In this document: positions 50,576 through 58,900 of the stretch, piece after piece
How the letters are laid out: every line of letters starts with the position of its first letter
How positions within the stretch are numbered: the stretch's first letter is position 1
From: a virus
Taxonomy: Duplodnaviria; Caudoviricetes
DNA: 64,000 nucleotides
Virus record (IMG/VR): IMGVR_UViG_3300021426_000006
Span: 1 to 64,000 of that record
Strand: one strand, 5' to 3'
Position numbers and translations under genes: made by a program
Notes under the pieces: generated by a model
Database searches by the model: none
Seen by the model: only the letters and a program-made list of their open reading frames with translations
What the model was told of the DNA's origin: nothing

Positions 50576-51145
50576 TTATGAATTATAAACAGAATTTAAA
50601 CGATTCATCCAACCGGTTAACCATTTTTTCTGTGATGGGTTTCTAGAAACAATTCCGTCGAAAAACTATTTTCTAGCGTCGTAGAGCTTTTTCTTTAACC
50701 CGTCTGCACTGTTTATAGCGGTGATTGTTTTAGGGCCAACAGAACCGTCCTAAGTAGCTCCTACGAGGCCTTGTATCTTTTTTATCATGCCTACACCAGA
50801 ATGCCATACCCAATCCGCTATCATATTTGCTACTGTTTGATCCATAATCTAATCTCCGCATACTTTATTCCAGTACATAGTATACACTATATCTTTCCAT
50901 ACAGAGTACTGTATATTTTTTAGATCATTAACTGTTGGAGAGGGAAGCCCCTTTTTTGTACAATATGCTTTATATGTGTTTAGTGTAACACCAACCATTG
51001 TAGCACCTCCAGTATCAGCAGGATCATTTGACCATCCTGTTTTCTTTGCACGGTTAAATGCTGCTTCTAATGATTCTCCTGATTTAACAGTAGTACTTGC
51101 TTCCCATCTTAAAAGAATAGGAATAAATTTATCAATTATTGCCAT
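50576..51145 (-). CDS. Endolysin, glycoside hydrolase family 108 with a C-terminal PG-binding region (~189 aa, 3 TAG)
   Basis: LRWEA, NDPADTGGATMVGVT, YW, DWVWHSG, DGSVGPKT and GWMNRL motifs; TAG at 50849, 50750 and 50666; TAA at 50576. Confidence 0.85.
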
Positions 51146-51146
51146 A

Positions 51147-51665
51147 TTATCTTATTGTTTCGTATAAACCTATAGTACCACCACCTTTAACACGTCCAGC
51201 TTCAAGTTGTTCTGTCTTCGCTTGTTTCATTGCTATATCGAGTGATTTTACTATGTTACCTACATCCTTTAATATTCTAGTAACCTTTATAGCAGTATCT
51301 ATGTCCATAAGACCTTTAGAATAATCATTCAACGCTGCTATAAGTCCTTCGGCAGCCATCTGAGACGCACTTAATAATCTAGTCCCAGGAGTTTCTTGAA
51401 ACTCTATAAACCTCTTACAAAGCTCTTCTACTTCTTCAGAAGGCTTATAGTTAGGATCTTTGAACACGTCTTTGGCTACAACAGAAGCTCTTTCATTTAC
51501 TGGATACGCTTCGTATGGCGTATTCCACCTGTGTAGCCAAATCACGTATTCGATCTCTTTTAGTGCCAAAGATTTATCTTTAGCAAGATTGTAATGATCT
51601 TTAAAGGGAGGTATAGCTAAATCTTCTGTACTTAACTTAATTTTATCCCCTTGTATATCAAACAT
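51147..51665 (-). CDS. Conserved crAss-like protein, putative terminase small subunit (172 aa, no TAG)
   Basis: Helical protein ending RVKGGGTIGLYE; position upstream of TerL (function inferred from position). Confidence 0.5.
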   Translation of the reverse strand: MFDIQGDKIKLSTEDLAIPPFKDHYNLAKDKSLALKEIEYVIWLHRWNTPYEAYPVNERASVVAKDVFKDPNYKPSEEVEELCKRFIEFQETPGTRLLSASQMAAEGLIAALNDYSKGLMDIDTAIKVTRILKDVGNIVKSLDIAMKQAKTEQLEAGRVKGGGTIGLYETIR

Positions 51666-52053
51666 ATCTTTTTACAATTTTTGCAAACATTTTGTACATT
51701 CTTTGCACCAAATGCCCTATTAGATATGCAGCTTCTTCGCTGTATTCGTCAATACCATAAAAAGAACATACGTGCGATTGTACATGTTTTGCTTCGTGTA
51801 TTACTGTGTTTACGAATTGACTAGCGTCTGTAGAAACACCTATACAAACAATACTCATTTTATATTCTGTGTTACTGAATGTAAAACCGGTGTTTTTATG
51901 TTTAAGTACTCGAAAAGCTCTTCTTATATCTTTTTCTGAGCAATTCAACTATCTTAATGAATCTTCTACTTCTACAAAATCGTCTTCGTCAACACCATAG
52001 TATACTAAAACATTCCAGCCTCTTTTACCAAGCTATATATACTGTGCAATCAT
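51658..52053 (-). CDS. Small zincin-motif protein (~131 aa, 2 TAG)
   Basis: ATG at 52053 in an ATGA overlap; NTVIHEAKH...EEAAYLIG. Confidence 0.7.
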
Positions 52054-52430
52054 ATAAATTCAGACCAATCAATAGTTATATGCATTCCGTCAATATCCGA
52101 AAGCCAACGATTAAAAACTTGTCCGTCATAACCGTCTGGGTCATCTATAACACCTTTTATATATTTACAAAGGTGCTATTCGTCATTTGGTACTGCATTC
52201 CCAAGGAAGTCTGCTTTGCACATGTTTGCAACATATACATAGTCGTAAAGCATATTATACTAAAGCTTAGTGTTAGTGAGTTTTAATTTGTCATCTATTT
52301 CCTGTTTCGTGAAAGGTTTTAATTCTCCGTTTTCATCCGACATTAAGCTGACTGCAAACTGACACAAATCTTTAGTAAAATGCGGGCCAAATAATTTTAA
52401 ATACTTCTTAAAACTTTTAGTTGCTTCCAT
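52050..52430 (-). CDS. Hypothetical protein (~126 aa, TAG=Gln); absent from the ORF track
   Basis: MEATKSFKKYLKLFGPHFTKDLCQFAVSLM...YDYVYVANMCKADF...IDDPDGYDGQVFNRW; TGA at 52050. Confidence 0.75.
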
Positions 52431-52926
52431 TTCCTTGTCTAGTTAACATTGATTCCAGTCTCGCCAGAACATCTTCCATGCGATCCATTCTACCAGAAAT
52501 GTCGTTTATGGCATCGTCTCTTTCCTGTTCTTTTGCGTATACAGGATTCAACTGTTTTAAAATGTTTTCGCAAGCTTCGATATTTGTTTTGTGCTGTTCT
52601 ACGCTAGCCAAAACACTTTTGCTATTCTAAAGCATTGCGTCAACTTCCTGTATCATACCTTCTTTAGTTTCGCTAATGACATAGTCACCATACGAATGAA
52701 TAGTACTATTACTAGGAATACCTACAAACTCTTTTTTCTCGTTACCAATTTTAACTATTATATCTACAACACTTTGCAAATTAGTACCAAAACTAACAGC
52801 GGGGTTGTAGGTCTTATACATAGGATGAGGGGCTGTCACATTCTCGACATACCCTGTTACAACTTTAGGTTCTCCTGTTTTATCCAAAATGTGAAGAACT
52901 GTTCCTTGGCGTAATCCTGAAAACAT
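52417..52926 (-). CDS. Hypothetical protein with a beta-rich N-terminus and coiled-coil C-terminus (~169 aa, one TAG)
   Basis: Fragments at 52627 and 52417 are in one frame; TAA at 52417. Confidence 0.78.
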
Positions 52927-52943
52927 ATTAATTAAAAAATTAA

Positions 52944-52979
52944 GAGTTTTCTGGGGGTAATATATACCCCCTTAAACTC
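52944..52979 (-). terminator. Stem-loop inside the six-gene module (terminator or attenuator)
   Basis: GAGTTT-tct-GGGGGTA-atata-TACCCCC-tt-AAACTC, followed on the minus strand by TTAATTTTTT. Confidence 0.6.
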
Positions 52980-52982
52980 GAG

Positions 52983-53360
52983 TTAAACAAATCTACCCAT
53001 GCGGTCACGACGACGCATACGCATTGCGCGGCGTCTGTAAGCGCGAGAGTTACGCATATCCATATCGTCTACATCATGATTACGCATGCTAGAACGCATT
53101 GCATAATTACGATTATATCTATATGACCCGCGTCTACGAAAATCAATATCTTGATCTTCGTCAGATTCTTCAACAGGTTCATAACGATCTTCGGACTCAT
53201 CATATTCGTCTTCGTCTTCTTCTGAAGACTCAAAACAATCATAAAGCGTCTCTTTAAGCTCGCAGAGAGCCATCTTTTTCTTATGTCCAAGATCTTCAAT
53301 CTCGTCGATAAGGTCGAAGGCTTTATCCTTTGCTGCTTGACGCGTTTCTATTATTATCAT
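52983..53360 (-). CDS. Hypothetical protein with an acidic middle and Arg-rich C-terminus (125 aa, no TAG)
   Basis: Intact ORF; ESSEEDEDEYDESED followed by RRRAMRMRRRDRMGRFV. Confidence 0.78.
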   Translation of the reverse strand: MIIIETRQAAKDKAFDLIDEIEDLGHKKKMALCELKETLYDCFESSEEDEDEYDESEDRYEPVEESDEDQDIDFRRRGSYRYNRNYAMRSSMRNHDVDDMDMRNSRAYRRRAMRMRRRDRMGRFV

Positions 53361-53386
53361 AATTTGTAAAAATTAAATGGTTAATA

Positions 53387-53719
53387 TTAAGCTGCAAGAG
53401 CAGAGGTAATCTGCAAGATACCGTTAAACCTGTCATTAAATACAGTAATTACACCAGTACCGGTGATGTCTGCAGCAGTTACGGGAGTCCCATTAAAAAA
53501 GGTGAGTGCACGGGTGACGCCGTTGAGCGTGATAGATACTGGTAATGTACCAGTAGTATCAGCTGGGATGGCGTCAGCAATGCGAACCGTAAAATACCCG
53601 ACAGGCTATATTCTGCGGAATCCAAGAGCGAACTCCACAGCAGTGTCGTTTACAGTTACATTGGTCGTGCTCAGATAAGGAACTCCATTTACATTAGTAG
53701 TTACATTAAAGCACCCCAT
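53387..53719 (-). CDS. Hypothetical beta-rich protein (~110 aa, one TAG); absent from the ORF track
   Basis: MGCFNVTTNVNGVPYLSTTNVTV...RI*PVGYFTVRIADAIP...NGILQITSALAA-TAA. Confidence 0.75.
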
Positions 53720-53732
53720 ATTACATCCTCAA

Positions 53733-54656
53733 TTAAAATGAAACATTGTTACCCCAGAAACCATTTCCGAAGCCGTTAAAACCACCATAGAAACCACCGC
53801 TCACATATGGAGTTGTGTTAACTGCGGTCAACTGCGGCCACTGTACAGGTACAGTATTTGGCTGAGCAGATTTGATTGCTACGAGCTGGTTCTGTATATC
53901 GTTAAATCTCTCATTGAGTAAAATAGTCTGTCTTTCGTTATTAGCGTTAGAACGAAGAAGAGCATTATCAGCAGTAAGAGAATCAATTTTATTCTGCAGC
54001 TCGCGTTTCTCAAGATCGCAGAACTTGTCGTTGATCATGACACTTTGAGCATTGATAGCTTCAGTTATGTCTCGAGCATTCCGCTCGGCCTGATTAGACA
54101 GAGTATTAGTCTACTGACACATACCAAGCTGATCAGCAGCCTGATTTGCAGCCATTTGAGACTGAATAGTATTTGTCTACTGAGCAATAGCAAGACGGTT
54201 CTCACAGCAGCACTGACAGATCTGAGAAGCTATTGAAGCATTTCCAGCCTGTATTGCATTCTGTAATTGTAAACCGCTCATGCCTACTTGAGTACCAACA
54301 GAGTTGATAGCGTTGTTCAATGTGAATATACCATTCTGAACAGTATTGACTTCGGTGTTAAGCAGATTTGCGATGCTGTTAATAGAATCGCGGTTGCCTT
54401 GAATAGCATTCATCAGAAGCTCACGACCTGTGTCGTTATTCATCTGATTGGACAGGAAACCTGCACCGTTGCCAAAACCGCCACCAAAACCATTGTTGCC
54501 ATAAGCACCACCCCAGATAAGCCAGAGGAACAGGATCCATATCCAGTTACCGTTTCCACCAAATCCACCGTTGTTGTTTAAGGCTAGCAGCAAATTAGGA
54601 TCAATGCTGCTGTTGTTTCCGTACTCAGGAAACATCATAATTTTTGAATTTTCCAT
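53733..54656 (-). CDS. Gly-rich, single-TM, coiled-coil protein with a CQCCC motif (~307 aa, 2 TAG)
   Basis: Fragments at 54177 and 53733 are in one frame; GGFGGNGNWIWILFLWLIWGG; ICQCCCENRLAIAQ*TN; MCP-like codon bias. Confidence 0.82.
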
Positions 54657-54818
54657 AATTTAGTTTTAAATGATTAATGATTAATAAACATCTTTCGATG
54701 CTGTTGATTACAAAGGAAGGTTATCTTTAACCAACCTTTGCTCTCAACACCAAAACACTTTTTAACGTGGGTGTTACCACATAATCATCATCTTTAATCA
54801 TTAAAACTAATAGGAATT
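54647..54818 (-). promoter_or_regulatory. Predicted multibranch 5' leader structure that base-pairs over the start codon at 54656
   Basis: 54647-54683 is an imperfect inverted repeat of 54782-54818. It encloses hairpins at about 54689-54700, 54711-54740 and 54767-54780. Confidence 0.55.
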
Positions 54819-54820
54819 AG

Positions 54821-54866
54821 TAGCGACCTCGGTGGAATCGAACCACCTTATATACCATAGAGGCCT
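54821..54866 (-). ncRNA. Anticodon-less tRNA-like element (acceptor stem + mini D-loop + canonical T-arm)
   Basis: Minus strand reads A-GGCCTC-TATGGTATA-TAA-GGTGG-TTCGATT-CCACC-GAGGTC-GCTA: a perfect TPsiC arm stacked on a 6-bp acceptor-like stem, with no anticodon arm and no CCA. Confidence 0.6.
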
Positions 54867-54897
54867 CCCCATTTTAGACAGTCGGGGATCTGTTATA

Positions 54898-55986
54898 TTA
54901 ATTCAATAACGTATCTCCAGTATTGGAATTTATCTTTTCGACAAATTGTGTATCCAATTGCGACATTGGCAATATTCTGGATGACACACTACTCCAACCA
55001 GTATCGCTTGTATAAACACTAACCGCAGAGTCTGGCACATATATGTTTATCTTGCTTAGCACGTTTCCTCCAAGTGATCCTTGAGTAAACGAAAACGTTG
55101 TCATGTCGTCAGCGTCGCTTTCATCCGTAAACACCATAGGTGGAGTTGCGCAGTTTATTACAAGATTGACCGTAGACGGATATTCGTTGGCATTACCATC
55201 AAACATTTTGTAGTGTATATACTAGATGTCGCTCCCGATATAAATAAGATTTAAATTCGGAACGTGTCTCACTGTGTATTGCAGCATATATACTACTTTT
55301 GGCAAATATATTTCTCTTGCGCCATTGTCGCACAAACACGCGTGATTAGCTCGTGTCACGTTTGGACATACTATCTTCTATAAGTTAGGAGTTGTATCTT
55401 CATTTGCTCTACTATCACCAGCTGTTTCTTTATCCGCACTAGCATTTCCAAATATACTTCCAGACTAGTTTTTATATTTTCTACGCGAAAGTTCAGTAAG
55501 ATTTCCTGTATTCAAAAAGGTCAAACTACCAGATCGTATAAATCTTCGGGCAATATTTCTTAAATTTGGAAAAACGCTGAGGTCTATCGTAGTTATAGAA
55601 TCGTTTATAAATATATTATGGAAGTCCTATGCTCTCTAATTCTAATTTGTACTATACAACCAATAATCCGTGATAATACTTGCAGAATCAAATGTCACTA
55701 CGTTGTTTGACTACTAGACACCGTAGTTTTGTAAAAACGATGCGACACGGCCTTCAAGAATAGAGTCTTCAAAATACATAAGCCTTGTTGTAGCAGATAT
55801 ATAAAGATGGCCTTCAAACCTACCTGTTAAATAATTATATTGGTGATCATAAATTTGGTCTACCTATAACCGTCCTTCAAGTATCACATTTTCACTATCC
55901 AATGCAAGATTGTATAAACGTTCTATTATATTATACGAAACCGCTTCCGTACTGCCGGTATTTTGCTATATTTTTAATGTTGTCAT
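54898..55986 (-). CDS. Leucine-rich-repeat (BspA/LRR_5-like) protein, candidate receptor-binding protein (~362 aa, many TAG)
   Basis: ATG at 55986 (MTTLKI*QNTG...), 2 nt after the upstream TAA; IDLSVFPNLRNI repeat; C-terminal CATPPMV...IYVPDSAVSVY...GWS cap typical of BspA-like proteins. Confidence 0.7.
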
Positions 55987-55988
55987 GT

Positions 55989-58900
55989 TTAAGAAACGTT
56001 TAAAATTTTACCGAACATCGCAAACGTCTTTGTATTAGAAATATTCTAAATATCAAGGTGCGATATATTTGAAGAATTTTGTACAGATGTATTGTTTGGT
56101 TGTAACACTACAGGACTGTTTAATATCACTTTGGTAGGAGTTCCTAACTACAAATTAGTTATTTTTGAAGCCGTAGGCAATATTACATTCAACGATGTAT
56201 TTTGTACATTAACGTCTGTTATTTCAGTATTTGTAGATAAATCTATATCTCCAGAAAGTCCTGTACATCCGCTTAAAGATAGAACTTCAAGATTTGGTAT
56301 ATTTGTAAATACAAATTCTCCGTTTGTATTACGTAGCGAAGTACAGTTAGTAATACTAATACTTGTGATGTTTGGGATATAATTTAAAAATGAACTGCCT
56401 GTATACATAATTAGGGTTCTAAGCGTCTCTCCTGAATTTTCAGTTATCTATAGCTCGCCCGTTAAAGAAAGCAAATCTAATCTATAAACGCTATTTCCTA
56501 TAGAATGAGACGACTTGGCGTCTATAATTCTATACAATACTGGGTTACTTATTGTGTCAAACAAAGCAGTTGAATCGTTGATTATAATCAAAGATTTACT
56601 TACTTCTATAGTTTTGTTAGAAGCAAAAACCCATTTGATGTTAATAGCATACTCTATTATACTATCATCTATTGGAAAGTTATTAGAAGCCCAAGTAGCA
56701 TTTATAGAACCGTCGTCGTTGCTTTGAACGTCTATTGTATTGTCCCAATTAGAAGTAGTTATCGTATTTGTAGACTTATTGTATTGTATGTGGCCTCCTG
56801 TAGAATTTTCTATCGTGTACAAAATGTTGGAAACAGTAGCCGTAGTATCCTGGTTGGTGGTACAGTATAATTTGGCTGACGCACCAGAGCCTACAAATGC
56901 AATAAAGTTACCGCTAGACTTTACGTAATTTCCATTTAGAGAAGTATACGCCACAGATAAATCTGTTGGATATGTAACACCAATAATATGTATAGTAACA
57001 TATTGGTCTTGTACACCTAAAGTAACATGCACCCTTACGTCGTAGTTGTGACCTACTTGTGATTCCCTAGTCTGTAAATAAGCAAATCCATCACCAGATA
57101 GCTCTGGGTTTATTATTGAACAACCTTGATATATAATTCTTCTAGTGGGATCTGTTGGTGTATCCATAGTCCACGTAAACTCATTGTTTATTTCGTCAGA
57201 CAGCATGAAAGTTGTAGCGTTTAATGATGCACGACCACCTTCGTTTAAGTATATTTCACCGTCCTGTATATAAGCATCTCCGCCTACAATAATTTGCGTG
57301 TATTCTAACTCATGGTCTACAACAAGTCCGGACGAGTTTCTATCAAATACCGAATCACCAAACCACTCTTTTATCTTACCGAGTTGAAGTGTAGTCAATG
57401 GAGTACCGTCTTCATTTTTCAATAGAATATAACCCCTAAGATTATGATTCATTTGAGCAATTATTTCAAGCTCTTCATACGTAAGCATGTTTTCTGAACC
57501 TAATGAGTTGTCCCATCGTATCTTGTCGGCGTTGAATGCATACGAACTTAAATTTACATTGGCTTGCGCTGTTATCGATGCAATCCAGTTTTTTATAAAT
57601 TTAATCGAATTTGCATTTTGACAACTTATACCATTCATTGTAACAGAAGTCAAATTAGTAGGAATAGACTGCATTTTCTAAATCGTAGACGCAGATCCGT
57701 TCGACGAAGTAATTTCCCAAAAACTAAGGTCTTCCCACGTAGAATCGTTCATGTACAGAGTGCTAACGCTAGACGGTAATTCAACATTGTTAAACGTGTT
57801 TCCAGAAGAAGAACTATAGAAATCAGACAGCCCAGAACCCATCGCGTATACATTCTTTAAAGAAGAGATGTTGTTGTCGTGTATAAAGTCTCTGGTGCCA
57901 GTTTGATTTATTTGGCCCCTGATGTTAAGCGTTTGCAAGTTCTCGAATGCTTCTTTTTGTCCACGAATAGCACCTCCTAGAGATCCTCTTACCGTAGTGT
58001 ATGTATCTGTAGACACCCCGGTGAGTTTTGTTCCTATGTTTATCTCTTTTAAAGGAGAACCCAAAACTTTAGAATAAACACCAGTAAAATCTACGGCATC
58101 GAGTCCAGCAGCTATTTCACTAAGATCTACTGTGTCCATAAAATTCGCACCATATATATGGAACGGGTTTTTCGTATTTAGTACTGGAGCTACATAACTT
58201 AACGGATTGTTCGGACTTACCTGTTCGGTGTGTATTGTTTTATTATCCTTTTGTATTACTATATAAGTAGATTTATTTGGGATAATATTTATTTTTGCGT
58301 TAGACCCTTCCGATACGTTGGCAGTAATATATATAGAGTGATTCTTATAATCTCCGCAGAACCACTTTGCGTCATAATAATCCATTGATGTACTTAACCA
58401 CCAATGTCTATGAGTCATTCTAGCTCCCTGCAACCATCTGAGCCATTCATTATCTGTACCTCTGGACTGTATATATTTAAAATCTCCACTCTTATTGTAC
58501 ATTGTTTCACACCAGGCATTCGCATAGTTTTCATCAAACATTTCAGAAACATTGTTGTACGAAAGTCCTGCTTCATGCAATGCGTCTGCTGTCTTTGGAA
58601 CTATTGTGTTGGCCCAATATGGCCACGCTTCTAAAGCATCCCATAGCCAATTGCTTGTGACAATATTACCATTACTATCAGCACTCCTACCAGATATTGC
58701 ATATGTAGTAATACTACCAGGGAGTTTGGTATTTCTATCGATAGGTGGATTATAGGCAATACCGCCATCGTTTTTATTACCAAGAGCAATATCCATATCC
58801 CACGGTTCATAATGGAAATGAACACCATCGTATGTCTTTATTTGAGCGTTTCTTTCCATCGAGTCAACAAGACCGAAACGTAAAACGAAGATGTAATATG

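Noticed and set aside
54800-54900. A canonical (suppressor) tRNA gene
   Set aside because: Only ~12 nt separate the acceptor strand from the T-arm, so there is no anticodon arm and no CCA. It is reported as a tRNA-like element instead.
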